64,000 nucleotides of DNA. It comes from Moniliella sp. 'wahieum' (Eukaryota). The position numbers and the translations under genes are program-made. Shown one piece after another: positions 22,588 to 33,318 of the stretch; positions within the stretch are counted from its first letter, which is position 1; every line of letters begins with the position of its first letter. The stretch covers positions 1 through 64,000 of the forward strand of contig RSEE01000040.1 in assembly GCA_003971905.1 (NCBI GenBank). The letters run 5' to 3'. The notes beneath the pieces are model-generated. The model had not been told where the DNA came from. It did no database searches and saw nothing but the letters and a program-made list of their open reading frames with translations.

Positions 22588-24905
22588 ATGGCCAGCCCCA
22601 GCGTTGTTGCGGGCCCACCGGTCCCTCCCGCACCCACCAGTCCTAACTCCCAACCTGGCCCGCCCTCTGCTCCGGTACCCCCACTGGCCCACTTTCTTCT
22701 CCCCCTGCCGCCTCCTGCCACCAAATCCGTCGGCAGCAGCCTTGACGTTCGACGAGGCGGCGGTGCGTGCGCTCTGTGCGACTGATGTGGCCCAGCCGCT
22801 CATGTCGGACTGGGTCGCCCAATCGTGTGGTTCGGTCCATCATTTTGCCAGCTTCCTGCGCAAACGCGCTGCGATCGAGGAGGAGTATGCCCGGTCTATG
22901 AGCAAGCTCGCGCAACGCCGCCGAATTGTATGCTGACGCGCGTACGCCTTCTTCCAACCCCTCTCTGTCCCAAGGCCTGACGGGCAACCATGGTCACGGC
23001 CCTGTACGCGCTGGCTCATACGTCCAAGCCTGGCAGGGCATCCTCTCTGCTCATAACTCGATTGCCGACGGCCGCCAGCGCTTGCCCACCTCCTCCTTAC
23101 CGTCGCCGACGAAGCCGGTGCGCTTGCCAAGGAGGCCGAACGACAAAAACGCACCACGCGCGACGCCGGCGCTCGCGCCGAACGTACCCTACTGGACGCT
23201 GAGGCGAACCGCGACAAAGCGCGCCAGCGCTTTGACCAGTCTGCCGAGGAGCTGGAACGAATTCTGCTGATGAAGAATGGTGAGACACGCAATCAAGACC
23301 TAGCCGTGATGGCCAATCAGAATGCGGCCGCTCGCCGAAGAGGCGCGCGTTTCCTCTCCCGAATCCCTAGCACCCAGTCCGCAACCACCTCCACGACGAG
23401 CAAACGCCCTGGTAAGCGGCTCAATCGGGCAGTCGGGGCTGTGGGAAAGGCATTCAACAAGCCTCGTGGCGCGGCTCAGCTCCAGCGTGCGGAGGAGGAA
23501 GTGCGACTGCGTACGTCCCAAGCGAGTGACAATTTTCGCCGCGAGAGCTTATCGGTGGACCAATTGCGCCATGACTACTTTACGAGTCAATACCCGCGCC
23601 TGGTTCGGCAGCTCAAAGACACAGCTGATGAGATTGACGCCGGTGGGCTTATCACATGGCCAGGTATGCGCTGTTGTACGAAAATGCCCTCTTGGCCGAT
23701 GCCCGCGCCATTGCCCCCTCTCCCCTCCGAGTGCCAATGGCGCATCGGCATCCAATTCTCCCCCGCACGTGGACTGAGGGACCTGCTGGAAAAAGTGGAC
23801 AATCGCGCCGACTTTACTGCGTTTATGCAAAATTGGCAAGTGGCTCATGGCGCTTCCTACCGCGGTCCTCGACGGGAACATGCACCGGCTTCCAGTCGTG
23901 ACATACTTGCCCTCCTGGCTCGAGTGGGGGAGCAAGTGGGAGCGGGCAGTTCCGTCCGCCACTACATCCACTACCCTAGGCAGTGTGACCGATCAATCAG
24001 TTACCTCGACTGCACGTTCCTCCTCTGGCGCGAGACCTTGGAGCGAGGTGACGACGTCCCCCGTGCCCGCACCAGGTCCTGGTCTTCCCCCTCCGCGCCT
24101 GGACAACGACGTGTGTTTGGTGTTAACCTAACGGAGCAACTGGAGCGCGATGGGGTAGCCTTGCCCCCCGTCTTGGCGCTCTGTGCTGAAGCGGTCGAAG
24201 CAGTGGCGCTGGATACGCGAGGAATCTATCGTGTGAGCGGGATTGCGTCGCGTGTGCAAAGGCTCAAGCGTCGATTTGATGAGGATTGGACGAGGGTCAA
24301 CCTGTTTGAGCCATTCCGCCCGATCCTAACGATCCGGACGCACCTGGGGTAGGCGAGCCAGAAGACATCAACAACGTCTCTTCCTGTCTAAGCTGTGGCT
24401 GCGCGAACTGCCCGAACCGTTATTGACGTTTGACTTGTACGAAGAATTTGTTGAAGGGTCCAAGATTGCCGACGAATGGCAACGCCAAGTCCGTCTGCAT
24501 AGCCTGATCAACGAGTTGCCCGACGCCAACTACGCGACACTCAAGGGCTTGATGCAACATTCAGCACCGTGCGCGCCCACGAGGCCACCAACCAAATGGG
24601 TCTGCAAATTTGGGCATCGTGTTTGGCCCCACCCTCCTCTCCTGCCCACTACCACGCAACTTACCCCCTACTCAGGCTGAGCGGGAACGGGACCAGATCA
24701 ATTTCCGCGATATGAGTGCTCAATGCAAGGTGATTGAGATGATCCTGGACAAATTCGAGGTACGTTGTGGGTTCCATCCTTTCCCCCGTCCTCTTTCTTG
24801 CATTTCCTTCTCCATTAGGCCTGAGATCTGACGGTGCCTCGTTGTCAGGATATCTTTGTGTTCGAAGAGAATGCCGAAGCTCCCGAACCAGCCGGAGACG
24901 ACTAA
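22588..24905 (+). CDS. RGD1: F-BAR + RhoGAP protein, Rgd1/Rga7-like (intron 24760-24848)
   Basis: FCH segment FASFLRKRAAIEEEYARSMSKLA; RhoGAP VFGVNLTEQLERDG..GIYRVSG, LKLWLRELPEPL, LPDANYATLK, IVFGPTL. Confidence 0.87.
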
Positions 24906-25387
24906 TTCGTTCATTGTCCACCTGTCTCTCACCCCAGTGAGAAGCAAGTAGGGCCCCCCCTTTGCCTTTCTGTGCTCAACACATTACCCCCCAAGGCGGG
25001 GGCGACGTAGGACTTGCACCATGGTACATATTTCTTGCCTGTATCCCCCATCTTTGTGCTCTTCTCACGCTTCCTGCTTAAGCTGTTTGTGCGCCCATCC
25101 TTGACCACGCGCACGTAGAACGAGGCGACGCTGTCCTGTAACGTAGAACCCCGCCCTGGGTGACATGGACAGGAAACAATGTGACAAGACCTCGGGTTCG
25201 AGCCCGGCGCCGATGGAGCGACCGCCCAGACGAGTTGACATGATGATGCATGATGGGTGCCTCTTCCACCAAGACCGATACCCTTGCCGGGTGTCAGGAC
25301 GAGGGGGTAACAACTGCCATCGGTACTACAAAAAGAAACGGCCCAGCGAGCTCGAGCTACGCGGGCAGAGGTTGCGAGTACAGTGGG

Positions 25388-25396
25388 AAAAAAAAA
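25388..25396 (-). terminator. RNA polymerase III oligo-T terminator
   Basis: Run of 9 T on the minus strand immediately 3' of the tRNA. Confidence 0.8.
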
Positions 25397-25397
25397 T

Positions 25398-25469
25398 TGG
25401 ACGAACAGGGAATTGAACCCCGGACCTCATGCATGCTAAGCAAGCGCTCTACCCCTGAGCTATCCGCCC
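25398..25469 (-). tRNA. tRNA-Ala (anticodon AGC), intronless
   Basis: GGGCGGATAGCTCAGGGGTAGAGCGCTTGCTTAGCATGCATGAGGTCCGGGGTTCAATTCCCTGTTCGTCCA folds as a cloverleaf with the G3:U70 Ala identity pair and A/B boxes. Confidence 0.95.
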
Positions 25470-25511
25470 TTTGTCCTTTCGGCGAAAGGACAGAATATTC
25501 ATATTGCAGGC

Positions 25512-26350
25512 GTTTCGGTTTGTGCATCTTGAGAGTGGAGCTAGGGACAATGTCGTAAAGAGTGCCCTTGCAGTGTATGGCAGAGGCAGCTGCAGGTGCA
25601 ATGACAAGGCTGTGTCTGCAGGGATCGAGTTGTAGGATCGGTCTGAAGCCTCCGTGGAAACTTAGCGACGGGGAGAGGCAGCGGAAGACATGCACTGCCA
25701 GAGAGCTGGTGGGACTGGACAGGGACGGGATTTGGCGTGGCTGCAAAAGAGAACCCACGGGACTGGATAATCGACGTGGACAAAGGAAGGCAGCTCAAGC
25801 GAGTTCATCGATGGAAAGCTGTTGAGAGCGGGAGGACCCGAGATGAAAAGCGAAAACGGATGACGAGGAGGCAACGAAGTGAAGAAGAGGTTGTCTGTAC
25901 TGGATTAATTGGCTGAAAATGGTGGACATGTGGTGAACAGGAGATGCAGAAGGGGACGAAAATGGAAGGTGAGGACCAGGGGTACAGGCCAGATCTAAAA
26001 GGGAAAACGGATGCAATATGGCGGTAGAAAGGAATAAGAGAGAAACAGGGGGTTAATTGGTTGTCATATGCACAATGGAAAAAGATAATCGATCACGATC
26101 AAGGCAAACCAGGACAGGATGCTGACGACTTGTGGACTCGCTTGTACTCATTGTGTTAACCACCGAAACTTTTAAGTTGAGCACAGGGGGTCGATTATTG
26201 TCGCGCGGATGCGTGTTTTTGGCCATTCGGGTCACCCTACACATGGTGTGACCAACAAGGGTCAGACTTGATTGTGGACTTGGGAGCGCGCTCTACTGGG
26301 CATGGGTAGAGCAGAAGAGTCTTAGCTCGGGTCAGATCTCAGACCATCTC
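25512..26350 (-). pseudogene. Decayed coding relic, paralogous to 2316-2778
   Basis: Same collinear blocks as 2316-2778, with an extra segment at about 25800-26185. Stops and frameshifts present. Confidence 0.55.
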
Positions 26351-27167
26351 AGATCTGACGCGGTGCGCATTGGAGAGAGGCTATTGGTGCGGCTGATATA
26401 GTGCTGTACACATTCAAAGAGGGCGTCCTTCGCGACAGTGAGGTTTACCGGTTGCCCTGGATATGTACTTTTTTGGTAAGGGCGTACACATGTCGTCGTC
26501 CTTACTAGTACCGCAGCAAAGGAAGAAAAAGAGACAACTATATGCCATGAGAATAAGGCGGCGGCGCAGGGAGGGGGCGGGGGAGGTAGGATTGTAGTGT
26601 GGTCTTGAGTGGCGTATATACCTGCCCTGCGGATCCGACCGTCGCACCAGCGACCGGACCGGAGCCGGGGGAATTCATTTCCTGATGCGCCCGCAGGTGG
26701 GAGTCCGAGGGCGTTGGGCGGAAGCGCACGAGCCGCTTCTTTGTCAGGTACGCAACAGGGCACCCAAGGTACGCATCGCACTGTGCGGGGCCCCATTAAT
26801 TGTCTACCGGCAGCCGCAGCTAACGCGCAGGCAGACGGGCAGTGTGTGACGAACACCCCGTCTTTTTCCCCACCCAAATGGGGCGGTGCCGGGTCCCGCC
26901 GCGTGGGTTGGCTGCCATGCTGGGCATTTCGAACGCCTCTAGAGAGGAACCATACGTAGTAGCCGGCCGCGACTTGGCACAAAGCGGAGCGGTGGAGGGC
27001 TTACCCCCCTGCTGCGACCCATCTCCCATCCGCAATCCCTTTTCTACCACCTCCATTACCACCCCGTCAGACGCTATATATCGTCCCTATCCCCCATCTC
27101 CCCCATCTTCGCACCCCCCCTGCTCAGCTGCCCCATCGAGCTCAACAATCCATCTTCTCACACCACC

Positions 27168-27507
27168 ATGGCCCCCCAATACCGCTTCAGCCACCAGCGC
27201 CCTCGGAGGCCACCTTCACCGTCATTCGCCGCACCTGGCTCCGCCCCACGGAGCCGAGGTCAACGAGATCCGCGCCCAACTAACGAAGGATCCCGAGTTC
27301 CAAGAAGCTTGTGCCCCCTTCCTTGCCCCATCCCAAGCGTCGGAGCTGGACCAAGTCATCAACAACTGTCGCCGCCAATTGGTCAATTCTGAGGGGGGCA
27401 TGGCCGGGCCGTCGGAGCATTGGAACAACTGGCACCAGCTTTATCTTGACGAGGATGACGAGGGCGTTCGCGATGGGCACTATGATGATTACGGGCGGAT
27501 GATTTAA
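27168..27507 (+). CDS. Small hypothetical protein (about 110 aa, one frameshift)
   Basis: TATATAT at 27075, CT-rich leader and CACCATGG start. Reads MAPQYRFSHQRPRRPPSP.. then EVNEIRAQLTKDPEFQEACAPFL..LYLDEDDEGVRDGHYDDYGRMI*. Confidence 0.6.
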
Positions 27508-27997
27508 GTGCTCTTCTCTTTTTGTCCGATCTTCTCCAGTGTCTTGTTCCGCTTGTACAGCCCTCGCAAGCGAGATGCTCGAGCGCGCAGAGGTTGGATC
27601 GTGTGTGGCGAAGAGAGAACTTTTCTTTGTACGAGGAGAGAGGGATGACAACTGATATGTCAGTCTGTCCCACGTGTTGATGCAAATGACGCATGAACTA
27701 ACCTCTTATGCCCGAGCAGATCCTGCACTTTTGTGCCCTTGCCCCTCTCCGGTGCGCAACATTAGTCACACGCAATGATGGATCGAAACGGAATAAGATC
27801 AAAGCGAAAGGTGTGGTGTAATATATTTTTGGGTTGTTGGTAGAAAGGACAGTTCCGCTGCGAGCCGCACTGCGCCAGCGCGCGGCGATTCCGCGTCTCC
27901 CGTTGTGGCTGGCCGAAAAATAAATCAGGGCTGGCCGCCTCGCTGGGTAGAGACGCAAGGACGCAAGAAGATCGACGGCAACCACTCTGCTGGGCTG

Positions 27998-30900
27998 ATG
28001 AGGGCCGTGCGGCTGCGGCAGCCTCCACTCAGTCGTTGCCTCGTCTCCTCTTCACCCACACATAGCCCTCCTCCTGCCACAGCCGCCGCCGCCGCCACCA
28101 CCACCTCCACCTACCGCCGCTGCCTGCACACCTGCCGGCCCGGCCTCCACCGCACCCCCGCTGCCATGTCCTCGGCATCGTCCCTCGCCACCCATCCGTC
28201 ACCCGACCCGCAGCTGCTGGGTCTTCAGCTGCGTAAGGTGACGCCCTACTGGTGGGACTATACAACTAGTACCAAGCGCCGCTGGGTTGGCCGTGAGTTG
28301 CTCGAGGTTACACCAACGAGTTCCGCGACCGCACCAAGGAGTAACCTCTGGGCCATGCACCAAGGCCTGTGTACTGTCAACGGTGCCCGTGCTACTCCGC
28401 GACATGTGTTCCGCATGACTGATGTTGTGGTCAACAAAGCGCATATTCATGAGCCTCCCGTCACTGCCGAGCCCATCCGCACCCCATCGTGACGACCAAC
28501 AGGGCCGTCTGGTGGTCGTCAAACCGGGCTCTATTCCGTCCACACCGCCGCCGGTACCAGCACAACACCCTGCTTGAAATGCTGCGGCATCAAACGGGCC
28601 TTCCCAAGATCTATACTTCCAACCGTCTCGACCGCCTCACCTCGGGCGTCTGGTCTCTCCACCACCCCCCTCGGCGGCCCGCGAGCTTAGTGAACAGTTC
28701 CGTTCCGGCAGGGTACGCAAGTTCTACTTGGCTCGTGTTCGCGGAAGATTCCCCGACGGCCCCCTCGTTTGCCCCAGCCCATCTTACCCGTCGATGCTCA
28801 ATCGGGCGTCAACTCGTTCACCCCTGGCCGACCGTGCGAGACGATCCTGGAGAGCGGATATCCTACCATTCCGAGACGGACACCTCGATTGTCAAAGCAC
28901 AGCCGGTCACGGGCGCACGCACCAGATTCGGGTACATTGTCAGTACCTCGGCCACCCCATTGCTAATGACCCACTCTACGGGCACGACATTTGGGCTCTT
29001 TCCCTGCCACCTCCATGCGTCTGAAGCTGTTGATTTGTCGCTTTACCGCCCTTGCAGGTGGGACTGGGTCCACAGGCAGTGCTGCGGTGGACAAGGTAAT
29101 TGCGACTCTTAAGAGGCATCGCGACTTGGAGGACGATGAGGCTCGTTGGAAAGACGAGGCGCTGTTTTCCTCACTTTTGGAGCATGACGGGTACCCTCTC
29201 CCGGCTAAACTTCCGGGCGCCAATGCCCAAGCCGCTGCACTCACCGGCACGATTGGTACGCGCGAACAGATTTTGTCCAAGTTAGGCTTTCGCTGGAGAG
29301 TAGTCGATTCATGGACCAGATCCGCAACGAGAAGATCCAGGGGATTTGCTCCGAGTGCTACATCCACTCTTACCTGACCCGGACCCTGAGTCGCTTTCAT
29401 TTTCTTGCATGCATACCATTACGAGTCAGACTCGTGGTCGTACCAAGACGAGCTGCCCTGGTGGGCGCAGGACGATTGGCATGCCCGAATGACGGCCGCG
29501 CGTGCGGCTCGGCTTGAAGCCAAGCAACTAGGCAAGGATACCTCCACTATTTTTCAGGTTCCCCCAGAAGCCCGCTCCGCTCCTCCTCTGCACCTTGGAA
29601 CTCCCGCGAGGCGAACAGACTCTCCCCAGCGGGGAACTGATACGTACTTGGACCCGCTTTCCGCTGATGGGTTGACGGAACTGGAATGCCAAGAACTGGG
29701 GCACCTTTCCCAGCTCCAGTTGGAGCCAGGGTACACCCGCTTGGTTCAGAACCCGTTGGTCCTTGCCGAGAGTACGGAAGAACAGCCTCACTTGATACCG
29801 TGCTCGACAGCCCTTACATTTGACGTGTTCCCTGGATTGGAGGATGTGGCCGAGCACGATTTGCGGCGGGTGCTGCGTCTCTACAGCCAGCTGTACAAGA
29901 AAGAGGTTGCAGAGGATGAGACGACGTTAGCGTTCCTTCATTCGGGCCAGGTTGCTGTGCCACCAGGGCCGGCAGCCACGCTTCTCCTTCGCGCTTGGAT
30001 GGACGGACGGATCCGGTCCGCCCAAAGTGCCCACTTGGTTCTGAGCGAAACGGACTTTCCCTTGGCGGTAGCGCGTCGGCTTATGTCGGAGCGCCTAGCG
30101 TTGGGACGGACTAGCGAGCAAGCCAAGCGGTCCAAACGCGGCTACAAGAATAAAGCCACCCCTACCCTGATGGACATTGTTGGTGGACGACATGAGGTGG
30201 CTCCACTGGATCCCCATGACAAGCAGCTTGATGCACAGGGGAAGAGGAATACTCTCTTGACCCCACCACAAGCGAAGGATGACCAGCACCTAGATGAAGA
30301 CTTGCGTGATCTTCCGCCCTCCGAGGGGGCCATGGTGCAGTTGCTACGAGCTGCATGGGACTCTCACGAGACACTGCAACAAAGGGATCTGGCACTGCAA
30401 CGTGGGGCAAAGTCCGGTCCGAACAAGGTCGACAAGGGCCTTGCCCTCAGGCCAACAATGGCCATGGCACTTCGTTCAAGGTCTCCTTTAATCGCGGAGG
30501 CTACTTGCTGCCTACTCTCCAGACCCCCAGGTCAACCCCTTTTTAGGGGACACGGTTTGGAAATGGCTCAACGAGGGGGTCAGCCCGGGCGACCCAGCTG
30601 TGACGTGGCCTGTGCACTCACCTCACCACGCCCGAACTGGTGGTGCATGTGCGCTTGGTTCCCAATTGGTTGGTCGGGCGCCTCTTCTCTCGTGCCCCCA
30701 CGAGCTGGTCACCAGAAGAGGTAGAGACGTTGCGCCGAATGGCTTCCGAGCCAATGAGCGATTCAGCTACCGACCCACCGAACGGCGCCGTGTTCATCAG
30801 TTTGGAATTGCCTCCGCCTCCTTCCATGCCGGCGCGGCCTGAACTGGAACATGATTATTTGCGGGAGGTACGCTGCTGCGTCCCGATCGCGCCTATCTCC

Positions 30901-31885
30901 TGGCTGCGCTGTCTGTCCTCCCTCCTCCCTCCCCCGAGGAGACCAAGATCCTGGAACCGTGTACGGGGTGGGGCCGGATTCCGGCCGAGCTGCGCCAGTG
31001 CCTCAATGAGATTGGGAGGAAAACGTGTCGATCTTCGCGAGCGATATTGACCCCGACTCGGTTTGGAGAACCGGGGAGCTTCTCCGCCGCACCGAGCCCT
31101 CTGTACCTGGAATCAAAACGTATACCCATCTGTTGGATGCGGCCGAGCCTGGGCCGCTCGGACGCTGGCTGGCAGGGGAGGTACCGAATGCTGTGGGTCA
31201 TGCAAGGCAAGCAAAGATAAAGAACCCTGAGTCTTTGCCGCCCCCACTCGCGCCCCCGCGGCACCACGACGGTCGCCAGGATCATACCAAGTACAGGGAC
31301 CCCCTGCTCCCAGATGGTCTAACTGCCGAACTAGCCCAAGCCGATGCAGTGGTGACGACCTGCCATGGGGCCAGAAGGTGATGACCGCGGCCCAGCTTCG
31401 GCGGTTTTACCGCGCGTTGCTGCCGTCGCTGTTGACGGTGCTCAAACCGGGTGGACGAGCGGTGATGATGACGGCTCAGCACACTATGCTCGACCGGCTC
31501 ATTACCGACTTTGGACTGACCCAAGCGGGAGGTGGGCCGCAGTATGAAAAGGGCGACAGGGCAGGGATGAAGGTGCCCAAAGGAAGGCAAGAATGGACAT
31601 TGGAAAAGACGTTGCTCGCCTGCCTCCGGCCGACATGGGACGCGCCATGCCCTCTCCCAACCAGCCTGCCAAACGGACGCAAAACCCGGTCACTTTCCAA
31701 TACATTTCTCCTGAGAGCGATGGCCACTTGGGCGCCCATGCGATCGGCTACGAACGATCCCCGCCCGTGCCCAGGGCGTGCGCAATGCCGAACAACACGA
31801 CGGCCATCGGACTGCCAAGGCCGGGTATGTTGTGGGCTTGGTGGAGCTGCGCAAAGTGCGACTGCCTCCCTCTGCTTCGCCTTAG
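27998..31885 (+). CDS. RluA-family (Rib2/Pus9-like) pseudouridine synthase fused to THUMP-like + class I SAM-dependent RNA methyltransferase (UPF0020/Trm14/THUMPD-like)
   Basis: PUS part: PYWWDYTTSTKRRWVGRELLEV, HIHEPPV, KPGSIP, catalytic NRLDRLTSG (28621), GRTHQIRVHCQYLGHPIANDPLY, CSEC..LHAYHY..ELPWWA. The same frame continues to FDVFPGLEDVA, then SFKVSFNRGG, LRPDRAYLLA, ILEPCTGWGRIPAE, IFASDID, ADAVV(T)DLPWG and LKPGGRAVMMT. Confidence 0.85.
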
Positions 31886-32525
31886 CTATTTGCATATGTC
31901 CACAAAGCCTGCCTGTCTGTTTGAGTGATCCGATTCAGGTACCACATAGTGTATCATTCGTCGCGCCTACTACCATGCGGGCGGTCAAGAAGGAAGCCCG
32001 GCTGTGGCAGTTCAACAAAAGTTGGGTGAAACGATCATGTGGGGGAGAGGAAACCTGAGGCATTGGGAGAGTGTGGTTAGTGTGGGCCGGGCATCTCTTC
32101 ACCTTCCAAAGATGAGGTGCACACGGCATGACATATTCCTCCCCGAGGATGGAGAGGGAAGATGGCCAGCGACTACAGGTCGAGTGTAAAAGAAATGTGG
32201 ACGATGGGTCAGAATCCGCATGTCGTCACGGAAAAGAAGAAAAAATGTGGCGTATGCAAATGAGAGAGGGCAGCCACATGATCATACAGATGACTTTTCG
32301 CCGAGGGCATGGCGGGTTGAATATGCTGTGTGTCGAACGAAGTGACGAATGATAGAATGAAGAGACGCCCACAGGGGCCCGTGGGCTAGCCTCGATCGAA
32401 AACCCCCGAGAGCAGCAGATGGACGGAGAAGCGAGGATCGATGATGCCATACGACAGCGCGGATATGGATGCGCAGGCACAGCAGCGCGCCCTGCCTCGC
32501 TCGGCGCCCGCCTCGATCCTCAGGC

Positions 32526-33055
32526 TGACTGTGACGTGTGACGTGCGTGTGACGCATCTGACATGCATCGCATCGCGCATCTGCCACATGTGGGGCTGCA
32601 GTGGCGCCGCGCAGGCCGCGCAGGCTCAGCAGCACACACGCAGGCACACTGCGGGCTGGTGCGGGCGCGACGGATGAGTCAACGCGCCGCCGCAGCCACC
32701 GCGCACTCGTGTGGTCCGCAAGGCTCCTCCCGAGCCTCCCCAGTCGTCTGTCTACGTCACCCAGCCTGAGAGACTGGCGCTGCGCTGCCCCCCATGCGGC
32801 CAGGAGCGGGGGTAAGCCTTGTGGCTTGCGGCACCGCGCGAGTCTACCCCGGATATCGCAGCGCTGTACTCTATGCGGAGTGATGCAGTGCAGGCGCGCA
32901 GCGGCGCAGGCACACACTTCCCCGGAATGCAGGGCCCCCGGGCAGGTGACCCCGCAGTCCTATTTTTGTTTTCCTCCGTCGCGACGCGATCGGCACTTTC
33001 ACACACTCCCCGTGCCCGCCCCCTGCGAGGCCGCTGCGTCATGCGTCATGCGTCA
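32526..33055. promoter_or_regulatory. Cluster of TGACG/TGCGTCA (bZIP-type) sites upstream of glucoamylase
   Basis: tgactgtgacgtgtgacgtgcgtgtgacgcatctgaca (32526-32563) and (TGCGTCA)x3 (33035-33055). Confidence 0.4.
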
Positions 33056-33318
33056 CCGGTCACTCGGCATGCAGCATGCCACCTTCTCTTCCCTCTGCCG
33101 CCCCATCGTCGCGGCGGACGGCCCTGCCCCGGGGCCAGTGTGTGTGTGTGAGAGTCCACCCGCCTCTGTCTCTCCGGCTGCAGGCTGCAGGCTGCACTGC
33201 ACGGCGCGCCCCATCCTGTCGCGCCGCAGCACTTGGTCGGAGCTCCAAGCTCAAAAAGGAGCCCCTGACGCGCCCGCGTCCCCCTCTTTGTCCCCCCCTC
33301 CGCCATCCCCCCCCTGCC

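Noticed and set aside
25192..25207. B-box/T-arm-like GGTTCGAGCCC near the tRNA
   Set aside because: No acceptor, D or anticodon arm can be built. It is at most an isolated TFIIIC-like site.
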